Assembly (NCBI GenBank): GCA_965368975.1
Contig: CBDUPA010000001.1
Span: forward strand, 608,001-672,000
Source: an uncultured bacterium
Lineage (GTDB): Bacteria; Acidobacteriota; Thermoanaerobaculia; Multivoradales; JAHZIX01
Direction: 5' to 3'
DNA length: 64,000 nucleotides
Made by a program: the position numbers and the translations under genes. Shown here one piece after another: positions 18,857 to 28,378 of this stretch (the stretch's first letter is position 1; each line of letters begins with the position of its first letter). The notes beneath the pieces were generated by a model. That model had not been told where the DNA came from and made no database searches. It saw only the letters and a program-made list of their open reading frames with translations.

Positions 18857-19923
18857 CGGTCGCCTCCCGAACCCTGCTGATGCGGCCGTAGATTGCTCCA
18901 GTCCGTGTTCGTGGGGGCCTCGGCCTCAGCTTCGGCACCATGGCTGGCATAGCCGGAGGGACAATCGGTCGGGAACAAGCAGCACCACTTGGGCTCCGGC
19001 GGGCACACCTGGTCGACGAGGTCCCACAGCTCACTCGGTGGCTGCGCGACGCGGAAGCTCTCGTAGTTCTGGCTGACGATCGGCGCATCTGGCGGATCGG
19101 TGGGTTGACCAGAGAAGTAGAAGCTCTGCGGAAGGTTGTACTTTTCGCCCGTCGCCGGGTCGGTGATCCACTGGTCCTTGTAGAAGGCGTAGCCGAAGAG
19201 GATCGGCGGTGATGGCGGCGGTGTAGTCCAGGCGTAGGCGAGAAGGCTACCGTCGAGATGCTGGCTGCGCTCGGTGCTGTACGGCAGGTGCTTGATGAAG
19301 TCTGGCCGTGGTGGATGATTGAAGGGCGAGAACTTACAGCAGGTCGGGGTCACATCCCTCGGCGGCACGGCGCCGTTCTGCGTCGTACCGACTTCCAGCT
19401 TGCCGTAATTCAAAAAGTACGCCTTGTTGCCGCGCGAGATGAAGGCGCAGCTGTAGTCGTTGCGCATCGGGAAGATGGGTAGGCACTGGTTGTAGCCGTA
19501 GAATTCCATCATCGCCCCGGTTCCGTCGCCATCGGCGGGCACGTAGGTGTTGTCGTAGAACGTGCTGCCGCGCGAGACGCGGTAGTCACTCTGCGTCAAG
19601 TGCTGGGGCGGATTGGCGTAGGGCGGTGGAAACACCTGGTAGTTCTGGAACACCTGGTACATCGTCCACTGGCTCATCCAGTAGGGCGCGTAGTGTGGGT
19701 CTGCCGGCCGGCCTTCCTGGTCGGAGAAATCGCACTTGGCCGGCGGGTCGCAGAAGCAGTCGTTGTGGACGCTGTTGTTGGCGTAGATGTGGTTCTTCGC
19801 CATCGGATCGCTGGGATTGCAGCGCGGATCCTCGGCTTGCACACCTCCGGCCACGAGCAAGGCGGCAAAAAGTGCGGTGATTGCTGAGGGAAGCGAATGT
19901 GGAAATTTCTGGGTCTCGAGCAC
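18853..19923 (-). CDS. Secreted Cys/Pro/Tyr-rich hypothetical protein
   Basis: GTG 19923 behind GAGGAG; signal peptide ending VQA; many cysteines including two CC pairs; stop overlaps the next ATG. Confidence 0.75.
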   Translation of the reverse strand: MLETQKFPHSLPSAITALFAALLVAGGVQAEDPRCNPSDPMAKNHIYANNSVHNDCFCDPPAKCDFSDQEGRPADPHYAPYWMSQWTMYQVFQNYQVFPPPYANPPQHLTQSDYRVSRGSTFYDNTYVPADGDGTGAMMEFYGYNQCLPIFPMRNDYSCAFISRGNKAYFLNYGKLEVGTTQNGAVPPRDVTPTCCKFSPFNHPPRPDFIKHLPYSTERSQHLDGSLLAYAWTTPPPSPPILFGYAFYKDQWITDPATGEKYNLPQSFYFSGQPTDPPDAPIVSQNYESFRVAQPPSELWDLVDQVCPPEPKWCCLFPTDCPSGYASHGAEAEAEAPTNTDWSNLRPHQQGSGGDR

Positions 19924-20013
19924 GGCTGACTCCTCTGTGTAATTTCGGCTCACGCGATACGCGAGACACCACCCAAAGGTGGGTCTCATCGAGTGCTTCA
20001 GTGCCAAGGGATC

Positions 20014-20042
20014 AGAATAGGAACGGAACGAGGAGGAGTCTA
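20014..20042 (-). promoter_or_regulatory. Possible sigma70 promoter of the VioB-like operon
   Basis: TAGACT-17 bp-TATTCT, about 90 bp before the GTG start. Confidence 0.3.
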
Positions 20043-20335
20043 CACCAAACGGGTGGCGGCGAAGCGGTCGAAGAGCCAGGGCCGGTTCACCAAGTTGACC
20101 GCCGCAATGCGTCCCCGCTGGAAGGTCAGGTACTCCGTGTCCATGGTGACACCGCCACTGCGCCAGGTACCGATGCATCGCGTCTGCACACCGACTGCCG
20201 CCGCCTTGGCGTCGCTGAGAAGACGGGCTTCCGTAAACATGGAGTCCCAGTTTAGCCGCTGGTCGTAGTAGTGCAGCAGGTCGAAGGCCGTCTCGCAACT
20301 TGCTGGGAGCTCGATCTGGACGTGTTTCTGGGCAT
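20040..20335 (-). pseudogene. SRPBCC/polyketide-cyclase family pseudogene
   Basis: AGGAG-ATG CCC AGA is out of frame with KHVQIELPASCETAFDLLHYYDQRLNWD; the frame stops after FAATRLV, lacking the expected C-terminal part. Confidence 0.6.
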
Positions 20336-20638
20336 GCTCCTGCCAGGAGTAGCTACTCAACTAGCCGCTTCAGCATGTCACTGTAGCTCGGGTGCAGGCG
20401 CTGGATCGCTTTCGGCTCGGCCGAGTCCACCTTGGCAGGCGGCACGTTATGCCAATGGCTTCTATGACTGCTATCGTTGCTGATCAGAACGTGACTGCTG
20501 CTGTGCTTCTGTAGCGCCTTGATCATACTGTAATCTGACTACGATGTTGGCCCGAAACCGGGGCTGACTGGTCCAAGAGATGCCAAGAGTGTGCACGTAG
20601 ACATACCGAAGGTTCGTGGAGCCTGCTACTTCGGATGG

Positions 20639-21505
20639 TTAGTTTGGTCTTTGGTTTCCCTGGGGGATTCGCTGAAGTTCTCTCTCAATTCGTAAGGCAC
20701 CTGCAACAGGAACGTTAACGGAGAAGGACTGCGAAGTCCCGAGGTCTCGGACATCAACTTCCCATGTTCCTGGAGCAACGTTGTCAACTTGGAGTGTGCC
20801 ATTGGCATCTGTCGTGCCTCGTAGCTCGTCCCCTGCTCCGCCGCCAAGTCTTCGTAGTACTATATATATATGAGCTAGCGGCTCTTCAGAATTAACGGTC
20901 ATGCGAATGGTCACTCGTGAACTCAAGAGGGCGGGATTAATCGTGCTTTTTTGCGTTTCTCGAATGAAGTCGTCCCGTTGGCTGGGGTCTAGAGCAGCCC
21001 AAAGCTCATGAATTCTGAATCTTTGCTGACCCTTTGACATGTTCGAGGCAGAGATTCCTTCGATTGTCCTCAATGCGGATTGTACCGAGAGTATAGGGCT
21101 TGGCTTGTCTTTGATCTTTGGCTCCTCTTGGGAGCCGTCGGATAGGCAGAATCTGATCTCGTAGTTATCTCTTCCGATTTCAATCTGGCGGGACTGTTGC
21201 TTCGGCTGCATTGAGTCCGCTTCTACCGTGACTGTAGCTTTCCCCGCTTCGAGGTCTCTGCAAGTGAACCGCCCTTGTTCGTCAGTCCGGCCTGATGCCA
21301 TCAGTTTAGGTTGTTCTCTTCTTTCAACCGTGCAAGTTATCCGGACCAGTGCGATGCCTGATTCTCGGCAGCCACTCCCAACCGTAAGACCGTTACAGTC
21401 TTCATCCTTGGCATCTAGACATACCAAGCCGCTGATCTCTGCTGCACTAATGATGTTCGGGCAGCAAGTTATTAATGTGGCTAATAATATGTGTCTTGCT
21501 GTCAT
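20639..21505 (-). CDS. Exported protein with two carboxypeptidase-regulatory-like (prealbumin-fold) domains
   Basis: Signal peptide; TDEQGRF..RDLEAGKATVTV and TDANGTL..DNVAPGTWEVDV; low GC. Confidence 0.65.
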   Translation of the reverse strand: MTARHILLATLITCCPNIISAAEISGLVCLDAKDEDCNGLTVGSGCRESGIALVRITCTVERREQPKLMASGRTDEQGRFTCRDLEAGKATVTVEADSMQPKQQSRQIEIGRDNYEIRFCLSDGSQEEPKIKDKPSPILSVQSALRTIEGISASNMSKGQQRFRIHELWAALDPSQRDDFIRETQKSTINPALLSSRVTIRMTVNSEEPLAHIYIVLRRLGGGAGDELRGTTDANGTLQVDNVAPGTWEVDVRDLGTSQSFSVNVPVAGALRIERELQRIPQGNQRPN

Positions 21506-21535
21506 CGTGCCTCTCCTTGGTTACTGCGGCTGGAT

Positions 21536-22693
21536 CTAGTCCTGGGCTGCGCAGCTCTCTCGGATTTCACAGCTCTCACATGAGATCCTGAAGTGCTGTT
21601 GGATACTCCCCAAGGACTCTCGCGCCAGCTGCATGTTGGGTGCGTGCGCTTCGATAGCTAATGCAACATCCTGACATTCTTCTAGGGGCTCCATTGTCCA
21701 GAGCAGCCTTGACCCCTGAGGAACGTCCCTAGCAAACCCAAGTGCTGCGTGAGAGGACTCAATCCCAACACCCTTAACCCGGCTCAGTATTAGGCTAGAT
21801 TCAGATAGTGCTGCCTTGCAGGTGAGTCCTTCCTTCTGGGCGCGGCCGACATGAATTGACGTAGAAAACGTGAGAGTCTGGCTGGATGCGCCAACATGTA
21901 TAGGTTTGTCTATTTTAGTATTCCTGCTGCGAACTCTGAATGAGAGTTGAGTGTAGCCCTCGATGTCTTTGCCTATCGAGCTGCTTGCTGTTCTGTAATG
22001 TATCTGGATTCTGTAGGTGCCTGGCTCAAGACTATCGACTGTTAGCTGTAAGCGCCGCTCTTCTCCTCCGGAGAGAGGGCCGATTCTTCCTGGCAGCTCG
22101 ACGTTTCGGAGAGAGGAAGGACCAGCCGAAGTTCGCATAAGTCTGACTTCTATGAAATCAATGCTGAGTCTCACCGAGTCATTCTTGTTGTTGACGACTA
22201 TTGGAACCTTGATTCGATTCTGACTAACAAGACAGGTATTTACAGGGCAGCTTAGACTAATCTTCGGTGTGCGGAAGTACTCAAGCCAAAAGTCAAAGCC
22301 AGTGTTGGCGAGAGAGATCAACGTGAGGCTGAACGTGCATACTAAAAGGAAGAGGCTAAGGTTGTCGTTGACGTATTCTGTGATCGAGCGCTTCTTTCCA
22401 GTCTGCAGGGAGGTTACGCTTCCATAAGATTCAATTCTGAAGTCTCTCCTGATGGTTGGAGCAGCTTGCCGGAAATGCTCGCGAGACTTCCATAGGGTCA
22501 AAACTAAGTGACTTCTAGCAGAGCTAATCTCTAGAGACCACAAGAACCCGGGTAGCTTGGCTAAGTTATGGCGACATACTTCCCTCCGCCTTGGAGCGAG
22601 TGTGCTAGCGAAGACAAGACTCTGGTCGATTCTCTTTCGTATTCTCTTGGATGCCTTGGATAGGGCAAGCCTAGACCTGTAGGCGCGGAGCAT
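21536..22693 (-). CDS. Hypothetical single-pass membrane protein with Ig-like extracellular domain
   Basis: 385-aa ORF in low-GC DNA; TM LSLFLLVCTFSLTLISLA; LSGGEERRLQL...LEPGTYRIQI CARDB-like pattern. Confidence 0.6.
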   Translation of the reverse strand: MLRAYRSRLALSKASKRIRKRIDQSLVFASTLAPRRREVCRHNLAKLPGFLWSLEISSARSHLVLTLWKSREHFRQAAPTIRRDFRIESYGSVTSLQTGKKRSITEYVNDNLSLFLLVCTFSLTLISLANTGFDFWLEYFRTPKISLSCPVNTCLVSQNRIKVPIVVNNKNDSVRLSIDFIEVRLMRTSAGPSSLRNVELPGRIGPLSGGEERRLQLTVDSLEPGTYRIQIHYRTASSSIGKDIEGYTQLSFRVRSRNTKIDKPIHVGASSQTLTFSTSIHVGRAQKEGLTCKAALSESSLILSRVKGVGIESSHAALGFARDVPQGSRLLWTMEPLEECQDVALAIEAHAPNMQLARESLGSIQQHFRISCESCEIRESCAAQD

Positions 22694-22817
22694 TGTTCCG
22701 GGATTCCTCTGATCTGCGTTTAGCCGCGCAACGCTAAAGCACTAACTTACGTTTACATGTCATGCTTTCGACTTACCGAACGAGGGCTCTCTAATACTAG
22801 TATCGAGGACGGCATTT

Positions 22818-22846
22818 ATTATAGCATGGTTGCTGAGATGCGGCAA
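22818..22846 (-). promoter_or_regulatory. Near-consensus sigma70 promoter driving the low-GC islet
   Basis: TTGCCG-17 bp-TATAAT with TGn extended -10. Confidence 0.6.
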
Positions 22847-22889
22847 GGCCGAAGCAGCGAAGCTGCGGCTGCACCTGCTCTCAGCGCTC

Positions 22890-24563
22890 TCAACCCACCA
22901 TCTCGACGCCCACCGCCTCCGCGACGCGAATCCCGTCGATCCCCGCCGACAAGATCCCCCCCGCGTAGCCTGCACCCTCACCAGCGGGATACAGCCCCCG
23001 CGTGTTGACGCTCTGCATGTCTTCCCCCCGGGGAATCCGGATCGGCGACGACGTGCGGGTCTCGACGCCGGTGAACAGGGCGTCAGGCATGGCGAAGCCT
23101 TTGAGCTTGCGATCGAAGGCAGGGATGGCTTCGCGGATGGCGTCGATGGCCCACGAGGGCAGGCACTCGGAGAGGTCACCGAGCTGGACGCCCGGCTTGT
23201 AGGAGGGGAGGACATCGCCGAATTTCTTGGACGCACGACCGGCGAGGAAGTCGCCGATCTTCTGGCCGGGGGCTTCGTAGGTGCTGCCACCGGCGACGAA
23301 GGCTTTGGCTTCCCAGTGGCGCTGGAAGGTGATGCCGGCGAGCGGTTCGCCGGGACGCAGGCCGGGGAGCAGGTCGGCTTCGGGGACCTCGATCTCGACC
23401 GCGGTGTCTTCCGGCTGTAGGCCCACGACGATGCCGGCGTTGGCGTTGCGCTCGCTGCGGTCGTACTGGCTCATACCGTTGGTGACCACGCGGCCCAGCT
23501 CGGACGCGGCGGCGACGACGGTGCCGCCGGGGCACATGCAGAAGCTGTAGACAGAGCGACCCTTGACGCGTTCCCCCTTGCAGTGGTGCACCAGCTTGTA
23601 GTCGGCGGCGCCGAGCAAGGGGTGGCCGGCGGCTTTGCCATAGCGGCGGCGATCGATCAGGGCTTGTGGGTGCTCGACGCGGAAGCCGACGGAGAAGGGC
23701 TTGGGGTCGATCTGGACGCCTTCGGCGTAGAGATGCTGGAAAGTATCGCGTGCGCTGTGGCCGGCGGCGAGGACCAGGTGATCGCAGCGGATGTGCTCAC
23801 CGTCCGCCAAGATCACACCGCGCACGTGGCGCTGACCGTCGGGGGTTTGCTCGATGTGGAAACTCTCGACGCGCGCTTGGAAGCGGATCTCGCCGCCCAG
23901 GCCCTCGATCTTGGCTCGCAGGTGTTCGACCATCTTGACCAGCTTGAAGGTGCCGATGTGCGGCTTGGCTTGCCACAGGATTTCCTCGGGCGCGCCGGCC
24001 TCGACGAACTCGGTCAGCACCTTGCGGCCGAGGTGGCGCGGATCGCGCACCTGGCTGTAGAGCTTGCCGTCCGAGAAGGTGCCGGCGCCGCCTTCGCCGA
24101 ACTGGACGTTGGACTCCGGGTCGAGGACATTCTTGCGCCAGAAACCGAAAGTGTCGACAGTGCGCTCGCGGACCTTCTTGCCGCGCTCCAGGATCAGCGG
24201 TTCCAGGCCCATCTCGGCCAGGATCAGGCCGGCGAACAGGCCGCACGGGCCCATGCCGATGATGACCGGCCGGGGTCTAAGCGGTGCGTCGGCATGGGCG
24301 ACCGCCTGGTACTCCATGTTCGGCGTCGGCTGGACGTGCGGGTCCTCCGCGAAGCGTTCGAGCAACTCGGCTTCGCGCGGCGTGTCGATGTCGAGGCTGT
24401 AGATCAGCTGCACACCTCGCCGGCTACGCGCGTCGGCGCTGCGCTTGAAAACGCTGAAGTCCTGTAAGTCGCTGGCGTCGAGGCTGAGGCGTTCGAGCAC
24501 CGCAGCGCGCAGGGCTGCGGGAGTATGGTCGAGAGGCAGCGATAACTGGTGGAGGCGGATCAT
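22890..24563 (-). CDS. NAD(P)/FAD-dependent oxidoreductase (COG2509-like)
   Basis: IIGMGPCG, FGEGGAGTFSDGKL, SFCMCPGG, GVETRTSSP, GEGAGYAGGI. Confidence 0.92.
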   Translation of the reverse strand: MIRLHQLSLPLDHTPAALRAAVLERLSLDASDLQDFSVFKRSADARSRRGVQLIYSLDIDTPREAELLERFAEDPHVQPTPNMEYQAVAHADAPLRPRPVIIGMGPCGLFAGLILAEMGLEPLILERGKKVRERTVDTFGFWRKNVLDPESNVQFGEGGAGTFSDGKLYSQVRDPRHLGRKVLTEFVEAGAPEEILWQAKPHIGTFKLVKMVEHLRAKIEGLGGEIRFQARVESFHIEQTPDGQRHVRGVILADGEHIRCDHLVLAAGHSARDTFQHLYAEGVQIDPKPFSVGFRVEHPQALIDRRRYGKAAGHPLLGAADYKLVHHCKGERVKGRSVYSFCMCPGGTVVAAASELGRVVTNGMSQYDRSERNANAGIVVGLQPEDTAVEIEVPEADLLPGLRPGEPLAGITFQRHWEAKAFVAGGSTYEAPGQKIGDFLAGRASKKFGDVLPSYKPGVQLGDLSECLPSWAIDAIREAIPAFDRKLKGFAMPDALFTGVETRTSSPIRIPRGEDMQSVNTRGLYPAGEGAGYAGGILSAGIDGIRVAEAVGVEMVG

Positions 24564-24697
24564 ACTTTTGGCCTGGTTTTGCGTATGTGGGAGCGGACGG
24601 CTCTGCAGTCATGCCAGGAGAGAGCGGCAGCGACTGTCGATCGCAAGAGCCGATCATAGATCAGGGTGGTACGATCCTGGAAAGGAGACTCACTAGA

Positions 24698-25702
24698 ATG
24701 ACTGACAAACCCCTGAAGTTCCCAATCCGTCTACCGAAATTACCCGGTGCTTCGACCGGGCTCTTCCTACCCTTGATCCTGACGATTCTGGCCATCGCCT
24801 TCGTCTGGACGACGTTCTACACCGTGCCCGCGGAGTCCGAGGGCGTGGTGATGCGCTTCGGCGAGTTCCACACCACCGTATCCCCGGGGCTGCATTTCAA
24901 GATCCCGTTGGGTGTCGACACCGTGGAGATCGTGCCGGTACGCCGGCAGCTGAAGCAGGAGTTCGGCTTCGGCACGGCGGGGGGCGGCAACCCTTCACAG
25001 GTGGGTGCGCCCAACGAGTGGAGTGACGTCAAGGCGATGGTGACCGGAGATCTCAACACGGCCTTGGTCGAGTGGGTGATCCAGTACCGTATCGAGCGGC
25101 CGGACCACTACCTGTTCAACGTGCGCAATCCCGACGCCACCCTGCGCGATGCTTCCGAAAGCGTGATGCGCGAGGTGGTCGGTGACCGCACGGTCGACGA
25201 AGTGATCACCATCGGACGTCAGGAGATCGAGGACGAGGCCCTGGTCAAGCTGCAGGCGCTGGTCAAGGACTACGAGATGGGCATTCGCATCGACCAGGTG
25301 CAGCTCAAGAACGTCAATCCACCCGAGCGCGTGCAGGCTTCGTTCAACGAGGTCAACCAGGCGCAGCAGGAAAAGGAGAGCGCGATCAACAACGCGCGCG
25401 GTGAGTACAACAAGTCGATCCCGCGCGCCCGTGGCCTGGCCGACCAGAGCATCCGCGCCGCCGAGGGCTACGCGCAGAAGCGAGTCAACGAGGCACAGGG
25501 TGAAGTCACCGCCTTCAATGCCTTGCTCAGCGAGTACGTGCAGGCGCCGGAGGTGACTCGCCAGCGGTTGTACCTGGAGACCATGGCAGAGGTGCTGCCG
25601 GGGGTGCAGAACAAGGTGATCGTGGACGAGAACGCCACCAGCATCTTGCCGCTCCTCAACCTGGACGGTGGACGCACCAGCAACGTGGGAGGGTCGAACT
25701 GA
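24698..25702 (+). CDS. hflK: FtsH protease modulator HflK
   Basis: Single TM, SPFH domain, MVTGDLN, APEVTRQRLYLETM; paired with hflC. Confidence 0.93.
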   Translation: MTDKPLKFPIRLPKLPGASTGLFLPLILTILAIAFVWTTFYTVPAESEGVVMRFGEFHTTVSPGLHFKIPLGVDTVEIVPVRRQLKQEFGFGTAGGGNPSQVGAPNEWSDVKAMVTGDLNTALVEWVIQYRIERPDHYLFNVRNPDATLRDASESVMREVVGDRTVDEVITIGRQEIEDEALVKLQALVKDYEMGIRIDQVQLKNVNPPERVQASFNEVNQAQQEKESAINNARGEYNKSIPRARGLADQSIRAAEGYAQKRVNEAQGEVTAFNALLSEYVQAPEVTRQRLYLETMAEVLPGVQNKVIVDENATSILPLLNLDGGRTSNVGGSN

Positions 25703-26676
25703 TGGCACAAGCAAAGAAAGGTTGTGGCCTCCTCGCATTGGCCATCGTCCTGATCGTCACCGGCTGGAATGCCGCGTACATCCTCAGCGAGACCGAGCAA
25801 GCGATCATCACCCAGTTCGGCAAGCCGATCGGCGAACCGATCACTGAAGCCGGTCTGCACTTCAAGGTGCCGTTCATCCAGGAAGTCAACAGCATCGAGA
25901 AGCGGATCATGGAGTGGGACGGACAGCGTACCGAGATGCCCACGCGCGACAAGCTCTATATCTCGGTCGACACCTTCGCGCGCTGGCGCGTGGTCGATCC
26001 GCTGGAGTACTTCCGCCGTCTGCGCGACGAGCGCAGCGCACAGAGTCGCCTGGACGACATTCTGGGTAGTGAGACGCGCAACGCGATCGCCAAGCACGAC
26101 CTGATCGAGGTCATCCGCACCACCCGCGATCGCGAACCGATGGTCGACCAGACGCTGGAGCAGATCGTCGATAGCGGTTCCAACATCGGCGTGCTGCACC
26201 CGATCAACAAGGGGCGGCAGCTGATCGAGGAAGAGATCATGGAAGCCGCCGCGGCCAAGCTGGCGGAGTTCGGGATCGAGTTGCTGGACATCCGCTTCAA
26301 GCGCATCAACTACAACCCGAGCGTGGTCGAAAAGATCTACGAGCGCATGATTTCCGAGCGCCGCCAGATCGCCTCGCGCTTCCGCTCCGAGGGTGAGGGC
26401 GAGGCTGCCCGTATCCTGGGTGACAAGGATCGTGACCTCAGCGTCATCGAGTCCGAGGCCTACCGCCGCGTGCAGGAAATCCGCGGTGCCGCCGACGCCG
26501 AGGCGACGGGCATCTACGCCGCGGCTTACGACCAGAGCCGCCAGGCGCGCGAGCTCTACGCATTCGTCAAGACCATGGAGACCTACCGCCGCGTCGTCGG
26601 TGCGGACAGCACACTCGTGTTCTCGACCGACAGCGACCTGTTCAAGTACCTGACCGATGCGGAGGGTGGCCCGTAG
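25702..26676 (+). CDS. hflC: FtsH protease modulator HflC
   Basis: TQFGKP, GLHFKVPF, YERMISER, FRSEG; overlaps the hflK stop. Confidence 0.93.
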   Translation: MAQAKKGCGLLALAIVLIVTGWNAAYILSETEQAIITQFGKPIGEPITEAGLHFKVPFIQEVNSIEKRIMEWDGQRTEMPTRDKLYISVDTFARWRVVDPLEYFRRLRDERSAQSRLDDILGSETRNAIAKHDLIEVIRTTRDREPMVDQTLEQIVDSGSNIGVLHPINKGRQLIEEEIMEAAAAKLAEFGIELLDIRFKRINYNPSVVEKIYERMISERRQIASRFRSEGEGEAARILGDKDRDLSVIESEAYRRVQEIRGAADAEATGIYAAAYDQSRQARELYAFVKTMETYRRVVGADSTLVFSTDSDLFKYLTDAEGGP

Positions 26677-26683
26677 ATGGGTT

Positions 26684-26709
26684 GTGGCACCGGCTTTCGC
26701 TGGTGCCAC
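26684..26709. terminator. Hairpin after hflC
   Basis: GTGGCACCGGC-TTTC-GCTGGTGCCAC. Confidence 0.45.
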
Positions 26710-26723
26710 TCCTCATTTCAGAT

Positions 26724-26803
26724 GTAGGGGCGGCCCCATGTGGCCGCCCTGCGGCGTCAGCCGCATCCGGATCTGGAGGGCACCCACGAGGGAGTGCCCC
26801 TAC
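26724..26803. repeat. GTAG-family REP doublet (inverted pair)
   Basis: GTAGGGGCGGCCCCATGTGGCCGCCC ... GGGCACCCACGAGGGAGTGCCCCTAC between convergent genes. Confidence 0.75.
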
Positions 26804-26830
26804 CCAGATTTGGAATCCCGTTGGTTGTCG

Positions 26831-28192
26831 TCACTCCCCGTTCGACGCCATGTAGTCCAGCGTCAGGTGCGTCAAGGCACGCACCCCGAGTCCCAGGCCG
26901 CTCTCGTCGATGAAGAAATCCGGCGTGTGGTGGCCCGGGGCTTCGTCTTCGCTGAGGTCCAGGGACTTGCCGCCGAGGAAGAAGAAGAAGCCGGGCACCT
27001 GCTCGGCGAAGAAGGAAAAGTCCTCGGCACCGGTGATCGCCGGCACGATATGCAGGTTGTCCTCGCCGGCGACGCGGCGCAGCGTCGGCTCGACGGCGGC
27101 AGTCAGGTCGACGTTGTTGTAGGTCACCGGGTAGGAGGTGGTGAGCGGGATCTCGACCTTCACCTCGGCACCGAGACTCTCACCGACGCCGGAGGCGATC
27201 TGGCGTACTTTGGCGTGGATGCGCTTGCGGTCGTCGGGGCTGAGCGCGCGCAGCGTACCGACTAGCACCACTTCTTCCGGGATGATGTTGGAGCGTACGC
27301 CGCCGTGGATGCTGCCGACGGTCACCACGCTGGCGTTCTCGGTCAGGTTCATCTGCCGGCTGACGATGGTCTGCAGCGCGGTGATGATGTGCGCCGAGGC
27401 AACGATCGGGTCGGCACCCTTCCACGGCTGCGAGCCGTGTGCTTGCTTGCCCGTCACGGTGATGCGGTAGTTGTCGGCACTGGCCAGCATGCCGCCCGGG
27501 CGGTAGGAGAGCGAGCCGACGTCGAAGGTGGAGGAGATGTGCAGGCCGAAGACGACGTCAACGTCGGGATTCTGCAACGCCCCTTCCTTGACCATCAGCT
27601 CGGCGCCGCCCTCTTCGCCTTCCGGCGGCCCTTCCTCGGCCGGCTGGAACAGGAACTTGACGGTGCCCGGCAAGTCGTCGCGCAACTGGCTGAGCACTTG
27701 CGCGACCCCCATCAGGATCGCCACGTGGGTGTCGTGGCCGCAGGCGTGCATCACCGGCACTTCCGCGCCGTTGAAGACACCGGTCGCCTTGGAGGCGAAG
27801 GGCAGGTCGGCTCGTTCGGGCACCGGCAGGGCGTCCATGTCGGCGCGCAGCGCGACGACCGGGCCGCCATCCGCACCCGCCTTGCCACCGCGTAGCACAC
27901 CGACGACGCCGGTGTGGGCGACCTCGGTCTGCACGTCGATGCCGAGCGAGCGCAGGTGCTCGGCGATCAGGCCAGCGGTGCGAAACTCGCGGTTTCCCAA
28001 CTCCGGATTCTGGTGGATGTCGCGCCGCCAGGTGATGACGTCCGGCTGGACGGCGGCGCACAGCTGGTCGACGTTGTCGGCGCCGAGCTTTCCGTCGCCG
28101 GCCGCGCTCAGCGGGGCCAGGGCGAGCGGCGCGATCAGGAATGCGAGCAGCAGCAGGCTGCCGCGGGAGCACACGGTGTTGATGGTCAGCAT
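26831..28192 (-). CDS. M20D family amidohydrolase, exported
   Basis: Signal peptide; RRDIHQNPELGNRE, LRADMDALP, MHACGHD, FQPAEE, AEDFS, HH. Confidence 0.93.
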   Translation of the reverse strand: MLTINTVCSRGSLLLLAFLIAPLALAPLSAAGDGKLGADNVDQLCAAVQPDVITWRRDIHQNPELGNREFRTAGLIAEHLRSLGIDVQTEVAHTGVVGVLRGGKAGADGGPVVALRADMDALPVPERADLPFASKATGVFNGAEVPVMHACGHDTHVAILMGVAQVLSQLRDDLPGTVKFLFQPAEEGPPEGEEGGAELMVKEGALQNPDVDVVFGLHISSTFDVGSLSYRPGGMLASADNYRITVTGKQAHGSQPWKGADPIVASAHIITALQTIVSRQMNLTENASVVTVGSIHGGVRSNIIPEEVVLVGTLRALSPDDRKRIHAKVRQIASGVGESLGAEVKVEIPLTTSYPVTYNNVDLTAAVEPTLRRVAGEDNLHIVPAITGAEDFSFFAEQVPGFFFFLGGKSLDLSEDEAPGHHTPDFFIDESGLGLGVRALTHLTLDYMASNGE

Positions 28193-28309
28193 GGCGGTGA
28201 TTCTGCCACAAAGCTGGCGTCGCGGCAGGGGCAGCTACAGGACGAGTCAGGCCGAGTTGGCGAGGCGGTACAGTCCCTGGTTGTCTGCCTCCTGTGCAGC
28301 CGACAGCAG

Positions 28310-28347
28310 AAAAAAGGCGGGCCCGGACGCGTAGCGTCCGAGTCCGC
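28310..28347 (-). terminator. Rho-independent terminator of the large secreted protein gene
   Basis: Minus strand GCGGACTCGGACGC-TAC-GCGTCCGGGCCCGC followed by CTTTTTT. Confidence 0.8.
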
Positions 28348-28378
28348 GTGTAGGAGTAGACCCTTGGGAAGTTCGTGT

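Noticed and set aside
20861-20871. (TA)5 tract as a phase-variation switch
   Set aside because: Short, in frame (HIYIV) and unremarkable in low-GC DNA.
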